Positions 7,825-17,158 of a DNA stretch of 53,112 nt are shown here, piece by piece. The position numbers and the translations under genes were made by a program. Source of the DNA: a virus (lineage: Duplodnaviria > Caudoviricetes); IMG/VR virus record IMGVR_UViG_3300032312_001042, positions 1 to 53,112 of that record, one strand, 5' to 3'. The notes beneath the pieces were generated by a model. It made no database searches. It was not told the origin of the DNA and saw only the letters and a list, made by a program, of their open reading frames with translations. Numbering within the stretch: the stretch's first letter is position 1; each line of letters starts with the position of its first letter.

Positions 7825-8291
7825 AATATTCTACATCTCCAGATAAAGGCTCTTTTTATAAACAGATTTGGGATAAACAACTTGAAGAAGGAAAAACTAG
7901 CAGAGATATATATGATGCCATGATGGCTATTCTAAAAGAGCGAGAGGATATTGAAGTGACAATTGATAAAAAATACAAATTAGAATACGATTTACGATCT
8001 AGTCAAGATATATTAAACAAGGCTAGAAATAGCAATGTTTATAGTCAAAATCTTTATGCAGCATTATGCAACAATCAATTCTTTTACAGCGACAAGAAAT
8101 GGAGTTGTTCTTGGAGATGTGCTGGTGGAATAGTTGCCGATATTTTAGAACGCGGAGATTATATTGATTGGTATTGTAGTGGAATGGAGGCTGACATAAC
8201 TAATGGTTATGTTCCAGAGGGAGAAATCACAGAAGAAATTAAACTAGATTTAATCAAACTAGGATGGATTGTGAGAGAAGAATATGAGTGA
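7815..8291 (+). CDS. Conserved phage hypothetical protein
   Basis: YSQNLYAALCNN, WSCSWR, GDYIDWYCSG; AGGAG RBS. Confidence 0.8.
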   Translation: MDIKYSTSPDKGSFYKQIWDKQLEEGKTSRDIYDAMMAILKEREDIEVTIDKKYKLEYDLRSSQDILNKARNSNVYSQNLYAALCNNQFFYSDKKWSCSWRCAGGIVADILERGDYIDWYCSGMEADITNGYVPEGEITEEIKLDLIKLGWIVREEYE

Positions 8292-8403
8292 AAATTTACC
8301 AGATAGTAAAATTCCCTGGTGGGATAATGAATATGAAGGAGTTTACAGTGATGATCCAGAAGATGGATATCCATATGACATGGGAACAAAAGTGCAGGAA
8401 TGA
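8284..8403 (+). CDS. Small acidic hypothetical protein (39 aa, not in ORF track)
   Basis: MSENLPDSKIPWWDNE...; overlaps both neighbours, ATGA coupling with next gene. Confidence 0.5.
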   Translation: MSENLPDSKIPWWDNEYEGVYSDDPEDGYPYDMGTKVQE

Positions 8404-8684
8404 GAACCTTTAAAGAAAAAACAATCAAAGTAATTGATGATGTACACTGTGATGGTTGTGGTAAAAGCACAACTAATTTTGTTGATGTTGGGCCAGACTA
8501 TGCAACTTTAGAAAGTTGTTGGGGATATGGGTCAAATAACGATGGTACAAAATACAGTATTGAGCTTTGTGAAACTTGTTTCTTTGAGGTTCTAAACTTT
8601 ATTAAGAACAAAAGAAGGAAAGCTTTGGGACCATTTAATTATCCTTACGATAAAGACCCTCTACTTGGTCAAGATTATTTTTAA
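8400..8684 (+). CDS. Zn-finger hypothetical protein
   Basis: CDGC...CETC. Confidence 0.7.
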   Translation: MRTFKEKTIKVIDDVHCDGCGKSTTNFVDVGPDYATLESCWGYGSNNDGTKYSIELCETCFFEVLNFIKNKRRKALGPFNYPYDKDPLLGQDYF

Positions 8685-8693
8685 TGTTCCCAC

Positions 8694-8721
8694 TTGACAG
8701 TGCCGATAAATGAAGTATAAT
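8694..8721 (+). promoter_or_regulatory. Sigma70-type promoter with GCCGAT spacer motif
   Basis: TTGACA-gtGCCGATa...-TATAAT (16 nt spacer). Confidence 0.8.
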
Positions 8722-8754
8722 CAAGAGCAGACAAAACATAGATATGGAGGCGAT

Positions 8755-9117
8755 ATGGCTAAACAGAGGAAACAAGTCTCTTTAGATTTTATTGAATATA
8801 CGCAAAGAACAATTAATGACTTGCTTGCTAGTGAGATACCACAATTTGCAAAACATAAACTTTGTATAATGATGGAAAAACTTCTTAGAGATATGAAGCA
8901 AGAAGAAAACAATTATAAATATCTATATTGGAATCGTTACGGAAAGTTAGATTGGGATGCAGAAAAAAACATACATCTTAAAAAGCTTTCTATAGGTGAT
9001 AAAATTAGCATACCAAAAGAATATATAACTGGACCAGAATATAACAAAATTAGAGATGATGACAAAGATAATTATATTCATCCAATAGAGGGTGAGTGGT
9101 CAAGAGAATATTGTTAA
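8755..9117 (+). CDS. Hypothetical protein
   Basis: GGAGG RBS before ATG 8755; ATG 8710 lies inside the promoter. Confidence 0.7.
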   Translation: MAKQRKQVSLDFIEYTQRTINDLLASEIPQFAKHKLCIMMEKLLRDMKQEENNYKYLYWNRYGKLDWDAEKNIHLKKLSIGDKISIPKEYITGPEYNKIRDDDKDNYIHPIEGEWSREYC

Positions 9118-9127
9118 GGAGATAAAA

Positions 9128-9412
9128 ATGGATAGATATAAAAATGTAAATTTTGATTTCGGTATACCAAACAGGTTTGATCTTGAGCAGGCTATTACAG
9201 GTCAACTCAGTGTTAATGACAACCTACAAGTAATTATCGAAGATGTTCTTGAGGGTAACAACCTATGTCTTGATAGTGATGAATTGGTCAATACTCTTCA
9301 GGGCGTAATAAATCTTCACCAAATGCGATACAACAAGCTATGGGAAGTGTTTACCGCACTGTTTAAACTTGATGAACATAACGACGAAAATTTTAAAAAG
9401 GAATACGAATGA
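9128..9412 (+). CDS. Hypothetical protein
   Basis: AAGGAG RBS; RFDLEQAI motif. Confidence 0.7.
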   Translation: MDRYKNVNFDFGIPNRFDLEQAITGQLSVNDNLQVIIEDVLEGNNLCLDSDELVNTLQGVINLHQMRYNKLWEVFTALFKLDEHNDENFKKEYE

Positions 9413-9594
9413 AAAAGAAACTTGTAAAAATAGTACTGTGCGATCCGCCGGGAAGTTATTGTAACAATGAAGCATTTGAAGTAAAGAAAGTTATTAATAC
9501 TCTTGAGGTTAAGGTTGGCGAATATGTTGATGAAAAACTTGTAAATGATTGGATTCGCCGCAGGGATAATTGGAACATTGAATTTGTCAGGTGA
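9409..9594 (+). CDS. Hypothetical protein
   Basis: ATGA coupling; AAGGA RBS. Confidence 0.65.
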   Translation: MKKKLVKIVLCDPPGSYCNNEAFEVKKVINTLEVKVGEYVDEKLVNDWIRRRDNWNIEFVR

Positions 9595-9608
9595 TGCTAA
9601 AGAATTGC

Positions 9609-9637
9609 TTGACAGGGGCCGATAATAGTTGTATGAT
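9609..9637 (+). promoter_or_regulatory. Sigma70-type promoter with GCCGAT spacer motif (tRNA-Leu/Arg)
   Basis: TTGACA-gggGCCGATa...-TATGAT (17 nt spacer). Confidence 0.8.
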
Positions 9638-9651
9638 GGAGAAGCCAACGC

Positions 9652-9724
9652 GGGAGTATAGCCCAACGGCAGAGGCAAAGGACTTAAAATCCTTCAAGTG
9701 TCGGTTCGAATCCGACTACTCCTA
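9652..9724 (+). tRNA. tRNA-Leu(TAA) with short variable loop
   Basis: Acceptor GGGAGTA/TACTCCT, A73; AAGGA-CTTAAAA-TCCTT; 5-nt variable loop. Confidence 0.9.
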
Positions 9725-9728
9725 TTTT

Positions 9729-9800
9729 GGCCCCATAGTTAAATGGATATAACAGGACTCTTCTAAAGTCTAGTTAGAGGTTCGATTCCTCTTGGGGCTA
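9729..9800 (+). tRNA. tRNA-Arg(TCT)
   Basis: Acceptor GGCCCCA/TGGGGCT; GGACT-CTTCTAA-AGTCT; TTCGATT. Confidence 0.92.
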
Positions 9801-9831
9801 TTTTGTGCAACTGTTCTGAATCTCAGCTATA

Positions 9832-9861
9832 ATATTGTAGAGAATGGAATCTCTGCAATAT
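9832..9861 (+). other. 12-bp hairpin between tRNA-Arg and thioredoxin
   Basis: ATATTGTAGAGA-atggaa-TCTCTGCAATAT (one G-T pair); followed by GTGTATATTAT at 9866. Confidence 0.55.
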
Positions 9862-9903
9862 ATTAGTGTATATTATCATAGCACCACTCTTAAGGAGATA
9901 GCT

Positions 9904-10251
9904 ATGATAAAAAATAGTTTAGCCAACGTATTATTAATTTCTGCACTAATATCAATAGTATCTTTATTTTGTTTTGCTGGTGATATATCAAATCAAAAAG
10001 TATTAATTATCTTTTCAGCCGATTGGTGTGCTTATTGCCAAAAAGTTAAAGATGATATAAACCATGATCCAGAAATTTCAGAAATTATTAAAGATTATGA
10101 AGTAATTATTGTTGATTTTGATAGAGACAAAGAATTAGTAGAAGGGTATGGAGTGAAGTCTTTACCTACAATTATTAAAAAATATCAAGGTAAAACATTT
10201 ACTAAAGTAGGGTATAAAAACAAAAGGGATTTAAAAAACTTTCTTAAATAG
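9904..10251 (+). CDS. Exported thioredoxin-family protein
   Basis: AAGGAG RBS; N-terminal signal/TM; FSADWCAYC; GVKSLPT. Confidence 0.85.
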   Translation: MIKNSLANVLLISALISIVSLFCFAGDISNQKVLIIFSADWCAYCQKVKDDINHDPEISEIIKDYEVIIVDFDRDKELVEGYGVKSLPTIIKKYQGKTFTKVGYKNKRDLKNFLK

Positions 10252-10603
10252 GGCCGACAAAGGTATCGATTGGATAAAAATTAGTATAATTAGCAAGTAG
10301 TAGGTGGTATGGTGGCTACTTTAAAACCATACTAAACGCTTTAACTGGCGAAACACAGTTAGCTCTTGCAGCTTAATTAAGCTGTAACAATCTTAGGAAG
10401 CGATGCGGGGAGCGTCCAAAAGATTGTCGTAAAATCCTGCTGGATTAGAGTGGTCAACTTATTCTAATTGAGATAAATAGGTTGAAAAGTCTATTTAATA
10501 TCTTGTTCGTTAGAGCTTAAATAGTCTGATAAATAACGAAATAAACTTGTAGAGATTATCCTAATATTATCGCAAGACACGGGTTCGACTCCCGTTCGGT
10601 CCA
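10251..10603 (+). ncRNA. ssrA: tmRNA; tag (A)GETQLALAA
   Basis: Acceptor GGGCCGA/TCGGTCC-A with G3-U; T-arm ACGGG-TTCGACT-CCCGT; TAACT then tag ORF GGC...GCT TAA at 10347-10376; about 353 nt. Confidence 0.93.
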
Positions 10604-10617
10604 CTTAAAGTGTATAT

Positions 10618-11028
10618 ATGTTTAGGTTTATAGATAATTTTGGTAGATCATCTTCTTGGAATAAAGTTAGAAATGACTACATTAAAAATAATCCTAAATG
10701 TGCAGCTTGTGGAAAAATTAAAAACTTAGAAGTTCATCACATAATTCCATACAAGATAGATAAAACTAAAGAATTGGATATAGACAATTTAATCACTCTT
10801 TGTAGAGATCATTGCCATTTTGTATTTGGTCACTTCATGGATTGGAAAAGTTATAATCCAGAAGTCAAAGAAGATGCCTCAAGATACCTAGCAAAAATAA
10901 AACAAAAATCATATCTAGAAGAATTTCAATCACAGATGAGTGAGAACGCATATGATAAAAATAATTTTTTCCATAGTGTTATATGCTATATTGACAACAT
11001 TGTTAAGTGCTGGTACAACAGATCCTAA
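10618..11028 (+). CDS. HNH endonuclease
   Basis: WNKVR...CAACG...LEVHHIIP...NLITLC..CH; GTGTATATATG directly at start. Confidence 0.85.
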   Translation: MFRFIDNFGRSSSWNKVRNDYIKNNPKCAACGKIKNLEVHHIIPYKIDKTKELDIDNLITLCRDHCHFVFGHFMDWKSYNPEVKEDASRYLAKIKQKSYLEEFQSQMSENAYDKNNFFHSVICYIDNIVKCWYNRS

Positions 11029-11716
11029 CATAAGTGACGTCAAGTACGTTGAATATGGAACAAAACATGAGTGCGTTGTATCTATTTTTGGAACAATAAC
11101 TGAAGATGATAAGGAATTCTTTGCTTCAGCTGTTTTAATTAGACCAAAAATAATTATTACGGCAGCTCATGTAATTAAAGATACGTATAAGTCTTTCATC
11201 AAATTTAAAGATGAAGATATCAAAATTGAATATGTTATTTATCCTAAAGCATTTAATGAAAACAGCATTAACAAATTTGATATTGCTATATGCTTATTAG
11301 AAAAACCCTGTAATATTGATTTTTATCCAGAACTATATTGCGATGATGACGAGTTAGGTAAAGTGTGTAGCATTGCAGGATTTGGTATGCACGGCACTTA
11401 CGATAAGGGTATAACATCTTATGACGGAAAGAAGAGGGCGGGAGCAAATATAGTAGAAGAAATATCAGATGATATGCTTTTTTGCACACTGTCAAATAAA
11501 AAAACTAATTTAGAAATATTAGCATCAACTGGTGATAGTGGTGGTGGTTTGTTTATAAATCAAAAACTTGCTGGCATAAATTCTATTGTTTGGACAAAAG
11601 AAAAAAACGGTAAACTAGATTCAAACTTATTAGATGGTTCTGGACACACAAGAATTAGTTTACATATAGATTGGCTTAAGAAGGTAATTGCGGCACTAGA
11701 AAAAGTTGAAAAATGA
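10952..11716 (+). CDS. Exported trypsin-like (S1) serine protease
   Basis: Signal peptide; TAAHV, DIAI, GDSGG triad motifs. Confidence 0.9.
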   Translation: MIKIIFSIVLYAILTTLLSAGTTDPNISDVKYVEYGTKHECVVSIFGTITEDDKEFFASAVLIRPKIIITAAHVIKDTYKSFIKFKDEDIKIEYVIYPKAFNENSINKFDIAICLLEKPCNIDFYPELYCDDDELGKVCSIAGFGMHGTYDKGITSYDGKKRAGANIVEEISDDMLFCTLSNKKTNLEILASTGDSGGGLFINQKLAGINSIVWTKEKNGKLDSNLLDGSGHTRISLHIDWLKKVIAALEKVEK

Positions 11717-12351
11717 ATTCAGTTAAATTTATTAGCATTACTCCAAATGCAGAGAAATTAATTGCGTATTGTGCTAGGGTATCTAATCCTAGTAATCAAG
11801 AAAGTGAAAACTACGCCAAGTTAATTGAATATTGTATAAAAAACAAGCACTGGAGCATATTTGAACAAGCTTTTATGACTGTGGAAATTATTACCACAAG
11901 GGGTATTGCTGCTCAAATTTTAAGACATAAGAGTTGCAACTTTCAAGAGTTTAGTCAAAGGTATGCAGACACAAGTATTCTTAATGAAGATATCCCACTA
12001 TTTGAATTACGCAGACAAGATAATAAAAATAGACAAAACAGTATTGATGATGTAAGCGATGAAATAAAAGCAAAGTGGAATACGAAAATACGCGAACATT
12101 TTGCAAAAAGTAAGGCTTTATATGACGGTATGTTAAAGGATGGCATCGCTAAAGAAAGTGCAAGATTTGTTTTGCCAATAGCAACACCAACAAAGATGTA
12201 TATGAGTGCTAGCATTAGATCATTTATACATTGGATTGAACTAAGAAGTTCTAATGGTACACAGAAAGAACATATGGATATAGCAAATGCTTGTAAGGAA
12301 ATTTTCATAGAACAATTACCTATTATTTCGGAGGCTCTTGATTGGCGATGA
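11713..12351 (+). CDS. thyX: Flavin-dependent thymidylate synthase
   Basis: ARVS, HWSIFE, RHKSCNFQEFSQRY, ESARFVLP, LRS...QKEH. Confidence 0.95.
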   Translation: MNSVKFISITPNAEKLIAYCARVSNPSNQESENYAKLIEYCIKNKHWSIFEQAFMTVEIITTRGIAAQILRHKSCNFQEFSQRYADTSILNEDIPLFELRRQDNKNRQNSIDDVSDEIKAKWNTKIREHFAKSKALYDGMLKDGIAKESARFVLPIATPTKMYMSASIRSFIHWIELRSSNGTQKEHMDIANACKEIFIEQLPIISEALDWR

Positions 12352-12740
12352 TTGAGGTTCATATAACAGAAAATGATATTGTTAAAGCTATAAAAAATAC
12401 TTCCCTTACGCCATATGGAATAGCGCTTTGTAGAGCATTTAGTTGCTCTTTAGAACAGATAGAAATTAAAAATCACCACATAAATGTGTGGTTAAATGAT
12501 GACTCAAGTTATATTGCTTTTGAGTTTAGCACAAAAGAAGATAGATATCTTTTTGAATATTTCAAGGATAAGTGGGAAGAGTTTTTTGAATCTGATAGTG
12601 AAGAATTTTTAGAAAGCCCAATTAAAATATTTTTAGATGGTGATGACGAAGCTTTGAAAGTTGATTGCACTAGATTTATAGATCGCCCAAGTGCTGATAA
12701 AAAAAATCCAAAGTTCCGCTTGACAGATGACGATGAATGA
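12348..12740 (+). CDS. Hypothetical protein
   Basis: ATGA coupling with thyX; GGAGG upstream. Confidence 0.65.
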   Translation: MIEVHITENDIVKAIKNTSLTPYGIALCRAFSCSLEQIEIKNHHINVWLNDDSSYIAFEFSTKEDRYLFEYFKDKWEEFFESDSEEFLESPIKIFLDGDDEALKVDCTRFIDRPSADKKNPKFRLTDDDE

Positions 12741-12748
12741 TGTATACT
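12720..12748 (+). promoter_or_regulatory. Sigma70-type promoter with GACGAT spacer motif (rIIA)
   Basis: TTGACA-gatGACGAT...-TATACT (17 nt spacer). Confidence 0.8.
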
Positions 12749-12789
12749 TGAAGCATAAGTTTTGAAGCATTTAAAGGAGATTTTGCCAA

Positions 12790-14910
12790 ATGAAATTGCA
12801 CACTGGTACGCACACTGTTGAAAAGTCTGAAAATTTTGAAGAGAATCGTTTTAGCATTGAAGCGTCAGCTAAAGCTTTTATGATTCTTTCTGATGGACTT
12901 TATTCTAATAAAATTCTTGCCGTCGTGCGAGAGTTGTCTACAAACGCTTATGATTCACATGTTGACGCTAAGTGTGTAGACAAACCTTTTGAAGTGCATC
13001 TTCCCACTCGTATTGAGCCATATTTTTATGTGCGTGACTTTGGTACTAGCATGTGCCATGAAGATTGCATGACACTTTATACAACATATTTTCGCAGTAC
13101 TCGAAATAATAGCAATGATTCTGTCGGATGTCTTGGTTTGGGAAGCAAGGCACCGTTCGCCTATACAGATAGCTTTACTGTTGAGGCTTATTTCAACAAC
13201 GTAAAGCGTATATATTCAGCACATCGTGATAATAATGGCAATCCGACATTTTCACTTATGGATACAGTAGAAACAAATGATCCTAATGGCATCAAGGTTT
13301 CTATGCCAGTTAAGGCAGATGATATGGATACTTTTCAGGAAGAAGCTGAGAATGTTTTCCAATATTTTAAAGTTAGGCCGACACTTACTGGAAACAATGA
13401 AATCTATTATAGTGACGAACAAACTCTTTTGAGGTCAAATGACAATACGTGGGAGTTTAATACTGGCGATCATTCTAATAAGATCATTATGGGACAAATT
13501 GCTTACCCAATTAATAATGATAGTATCTCTTCACGATATAGTGATGATGATAAGATTGGTAATTTTCTGTGGCATTCTAGTGGACTCAGACTTTATGTAA
13601 ACATTGGCGATGTAGATATTACTCCTAGTCGTGAATCTTTGTCATATACTCCAGAGACAAAGAAGAATATTAGGAATCTTTTAAACAAGGTTATTAATGA
13701 TATCAAGGAGACTGTGGAAGATGCTATTAAGTCTCAACCAACACTGTATCTTGCTAGAAAGAAGTTTCTAGATATTGAAAGTCAGTGTGCGTCAGTAAAA
13801 TCTGCAATGGATAGTCTTAATAATGCTATTGAGTGGAACGGTCAAAAGATTTTTGACTCAATGGTTGGCAATAAGATTAAAGCTGAAAATATGGGCATAA
13901 AGCAAATTCACAAGTCTGGCTATCGCTCTAAGTCAGAGACTAATAAAGATATCAAAGAAATTACCATGAATAAGACTATCAAGTTTTACATTGATAACTG
14001 TGTTCGCGGTGGAATGGGTAGGATAAGGCAAGACCTAAAGGAAAACTATGGTTCTAATAGTTACACAGCCTATATCTATGTTCTTGGTGCTGTCGAAACT
14101 GTAGACAACAATAGGTTTCTTGATATTCTTGGTAATGCTACTAAAGATGATGTGGTATTGACAGAATCTTTGCCAAAAGTTCAACGTAATAATAGTGGTG
14201 GTGGGTCTGGATCTACCGTTGATTACTCAGAAGTTAATTATTACGATCAAGAAGCAGCAAAAATCCTTACTGATAAAATGAGCGTCAAGGTTGAAAACGC
14301 TGTATATATCCCAACTAAGAAGGGTCAGTGCCATATTCAGGGAAGGGTATTTGACATGACTCAAATTGCTAATATTATTGGATATATTTATGAAGATATT
14401 GATACAGATAAGACGTTTTACTTCTTAACTCCATCCCAAATTAAAGCTAGGAAGTTGGACGAGCGTGATAACTGGCTATCTGAAAACCACCTGTTTGAGC
14501 TTATTAAAGAAATCGGTGATTATTACGCTGATGATATCAATAAGATAAAGCACCAAGACCAGATTGGTTATGGTTACAAGTGGAAGGAAGTTTTTAAGAA
14601 GACAAAGACTAATAATAAAGCTAAAGAAATTATCATGGAATATGAGGAATACAAAAGTTCTATTGACAAAATGAGTGACAAGTGCGAAAATGTATTCAGC
14701 GTTTGTCGATCTTTTGGAATGAATATGCACTCTTCAAATCCAAATGTGAACTATAAAGCCCGTTTTGAGAATCCTCTTAACAAAGAAATTTCAAAATATC
14801 CAATGCTTTCAGGAAATGTTCTGAATACTTTGTGGTCAGATGAGCAACAGAGGGTTGTTGCAGAGTATATTGATATTGTAGAAGAAAACGCTAAACTGAT
14901 TGAAGCATAA
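12790..14910 (+). CDS. rIIA: rIIA-like protein (GHKL/HSP90-type ATPase N-domain)
   Basis: LSDGLYSNK, VRELSTNAYDSH, RDFG, GCLGLGSK, TPSRESLSY; adjacent rIIB. Confidence 0.88.
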   Translation: MKLHTGTHTVEKSENFEENRFSIEASAKAFMILSDGLYSNKILAVVRELSTNAYDSHVDAKCVDKPFEVHLPTRIEPYFYVRDFGTSMCHEDCMTLYTTYFRSTRNNSNDSVGCLGLGSKAPFAYTDSFTVEAYFNNVKRIYSAHRDNNGNPTFSLMDTVETNDPNGIKVSMPVKADDMDTFQEEAENVFQYFKVRPTLTGNNEIYYSDEQTLLRSNDNTWEFNTGDHSNKIIMGQIAYPINNDSISSRYSDDDKIGNFLWHSSGLRLYVNIGDVDITPSRESLSYTPETKKNIRNLLNKVINDIKETVEDAIKSQPTLYLARKKFLDIESQCASVKSAMDSLNNAIEWNGQKIFDSMVGNKIKAENMGIKQIHKSGYRSKSETNKDIKEITMNKTIKFYIDNCVRGGMGRIRQDLKENYGSNSYTAYIYVLGAVETVDNNRFLDILGNATKDDVVLTESLPKVQRNNSGGGSGSTVDYSEVNYYDQEAAKILTDKMSVKVENAVYIPTKKGQCHIQGRVFDMTQIANIIGYIYEDIDTDKTFYFLTPSQIKARKLDERDNWLSENHLFELIKEIGDYYADDINKIKHQDQIGYGYKWKEVFKKTKTNNKAKEIIMEYEEYKSSIDKMSDKCENVFSVCRSFGMNMHSSNPNVNYKARFENPLNKEISKYPMLSGNVLNTLWSDEQQRVVAEYIDIVEENAKLIEA

Positions 14911-14924
14911 ATAAAGGAGAAGTT

Positions 14925-15791
14925 ATGAGTTATATAATTGCTAATGATGGTAATGTTACTGCTGTTATGGCTGGAGAAGTTTACACTTTTGGTAAATCGC
15001 ACCCAAGATATGAACGCTTGATTCAGCATATTAAGAACAATAATATTGAATATTTTGAAGCCACATACGATGTTGTTTCACAGATTAATGAATATTGTGA
15101 TGGTTACGTTAGTGCGAACGGTGGTAAGATGCAATGGGATGGCATCACCATGCCCGATATGTTCACAGGAACAATTATGGATATGATTCAACAGGGTTAT
15201 CCTTTTGAGCCAATGCTTAATTTTCTTGATAACATGAGTCAGAATCCATCTGATCATGCCATTGTTGAATTGTTTGAGTTTATGGAAAACAAGAATATGC
15301 CAATCACACCTGACGGACACTTCTTGGCATATAAAGCTGTGAAGGGTAACTACAAAGATATTTACTCTTCAACGTTTGATAATTCAGTTGGTAGCGTTTG
15401 TTCTGTTCCACGTAATCAAGTTGATAGCAATCGTAATAATGGTTGCGGTAAAGGCTTGCACGTTGGAGCATTTGATTATGCTAAGTCCTACGGTGGAATT
15501 GATCTTGATGATAATGAAGGTGGTGCTGGTAATAAGCTTATGATTTGCAAGGTAAATCCACGCGACGTTGTAAGTGTTCCAAGCGACCATCGATTCCAAA
15601 AGCTTCGTTGTTGCCGATACGAGGTTGTTAGTGAATTTGAAGATTTGTTCAAGACTGTTGTTCACATGACCAAAGATGATATCGCACATGAAAATCTTAA
15701 GAAGCGTAATCGTGAGTGGGTTGTTGAAGTGACAGCAAAACTTGAACGTGTAAATAAGGTTCTTAAGAAGAGAGAGTTAGCAAACGTCTAA
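14925..15791 (+). CDS. rIIB: rIIB-like protein
   Basis: ITPDGHFLAYKAV, CGKGLHVG, KVNPRDVVSVP, KLRCCRYEV. Confidence 0.9.
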   Translation: MSYIIANDGNVTAVMAGEVYTFGKSHPRYERLIQHIKNNNIEYFEATYDVVSQINEYCDGYVSANGGKMQWDGITMPDMFTGTIMDMIQQGYPFEPMLNFLDNMSQNPSDHAIVELFEFMENKNMPITPDGHFLAYKAVKGNYKDIYSSTFDNSVGSVCSVPRNQVDSNRNNGCGKGLHVGAFDYAKSYGGIDLDDNEGGAGNKLMICKVNPRDVVSVPSDHRFQKLRCCRYEVVSEFEDLFKTVVHMTKDDIAHENLKKRNREWVVEVTAKLERVNKVLKKRELANV

Positions 15792-15798
15792 TTTATTA

Positions 15799-15832
15799 AT
15801 GGGTAGTGGGGTAGAAATACCCCATTACTCAT
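15799..15832 (+). terminator. Stem-loop after rIIB (probable terminator)
   Basis: ATGGGTAGTGGGGTA-GAAA-TACCCCATTACTCAT; weak U-tract. Confidence 0.7.
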
Positions 15833-15848
15833 ATATTATGGAGAGTAC

Positions 15849-17000
15849 ATGAAAATTATACAGGAAACAAAGCTAGATTTTGACGATGTTTTGATAGTGC
15901 CACAAAGGTCTACATTAACAAGTAGATCAGAAATAAAACTTGAAAGAACTCTTCAATTTTATCATAGTACTAGATCTTGGACAGGTATACCTATCATGTG
16001 TGCAAACATGAGTTTTTGCAGTTTTAATATTGCTAAGACTTTGGCCAAATATAAAATGATAGCATGTCTTCATAAATATCACAAAGTAGATGAAATTGTA
16101 CAATACTTTCAAGAGTATCCAGAAAATCTAGAGTATACATTTGTTTCTATTGGTTATAAAAACAGTGAAATCAATCACTTGTTAGAGATTAAAGATAAAC
16201 TTGGTAAGCAACCTAATATATGTATAGATGTTCCTAATGGTCATATGGATGTATTTGTAAAATACTGTAAGAAGGTAAGAGATAATTTTCCAGAATCAAT
16301 TATAATAGCAGGAAATGTTACAAACCCATCATCAACTCAAGAGTTATTGATATATGGTGGAGTAGATATTGTAAAAGTTGGCATTGGTGGGGGATCAGCA
16401 TGTAGTACAAGATTCGTTACTGGATGTGGCTTCCCTCAGTTGTCTGCCTGTTTAGAAAATTCATACGTAGCTCACGGGCTACAGAGCGGAATTAAAAAAC
16501 TGGGCCTCGTATGCTCTGATGGTGGACATAAAAATACTGGCGATGTAGCCAAAGCTCTATGTGCTGGTGCGGATTTTATAATGTTGGGTGGATATTTTGC
16601 TGGAACAGAAGAGTGCGATGGAGAATGGGAGTATGAATATAAATCTAGAACAACAAACAAAAATATAGATGACTATAGTGAAGACATGTGGTGGCAACCA
16701 ATCGATCCAGGATATCCTACCAACAAAAGAAAAATTAAGTTTACTTATTATGGAATGAGTACTCATATAGCTCAAAATACTTATGAGAAAAATATTAAAA
16801 ATTATAGAGCCAGCGAAGGTACAAGAATTGTGGTAAAATATAAAGGGGAACTAAAACAAGTAATTCAAGAGCTTTTGGGTGGAATAAGATCTTGTTGTTG
16901 TTACATAGGGTCGGATTCTATTAAAAATATGCCAAGGTGTGCAGAATTATGCGTAGTAAATACGTTACATAACAATAAAAATCCAACACTGGGTGTTTAA
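15849..17000 (+). CDS. guaC: GMP reductase
   Basis: KLDFDDVLIVPQRSTLTSRS, ICIDVPNG, AGNV, KVGIGGGSACSTR, SDGG, YGMS, YRASEG. Confidence 0.92.
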   Translation: MKIIQETKLDFDDVLIVPQRSTLTSRSEIKLERTLQFYHSTRSWTGIPIMCANMSFCSFNIAKTLAKYKMIACLHKYHKVDEIVQYFQEYPENLEYTFVSIGYKNSEINHLLEIKDKLGKQPNICIDVPNGHMDVFVKYCKKVRDNFPESIIIAGNVTNPSSTQELLIYGGVDIVKVGIGGGSACSTRFVTGCGFPQLSACLENSYVAHGLQSGIKKLGLVCSDGGHKNTGDVAKALCAGADFIMLGGYFAGTEECDGEWEYEYKSRTTNKNIDDYSEDMWWQPIDPGYPTNKRKIKFTYYGMSTHIAQNTYEKNIKNYRASEGTRIVVKYKGELKQVIQELLGGIRSCCCYIGSDSIKNMPRCAELCVVNTLHNNKNPTLGV

Positions 17001-17158
17001 TGGCTATACCAGCTTTAGTTATATCGACATTGTGTTATTTAATTACATGTATTAGCTGTTTTGTTCAAAAAGATCATCCACACGGTATGATGTGGGCTGG
17101 ATATGTTTTTGCTAATATAGGATTATTATGGTATGAGTATTCAAAATTGGGATCATAG
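17000..17158 (+). CDS. Small two-TM membrane protein (52 aa, not in ORF track)
   Basis: MAIPALVISTLCYLITCISCF...WAGYVFANIGLLW; TAATG coupling. Confidence 0.65.
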   Translation: MAIPALVISTLCYLITCISCFVQKDHPHGMMWAGYVFANIGLLWYEYSKLGS

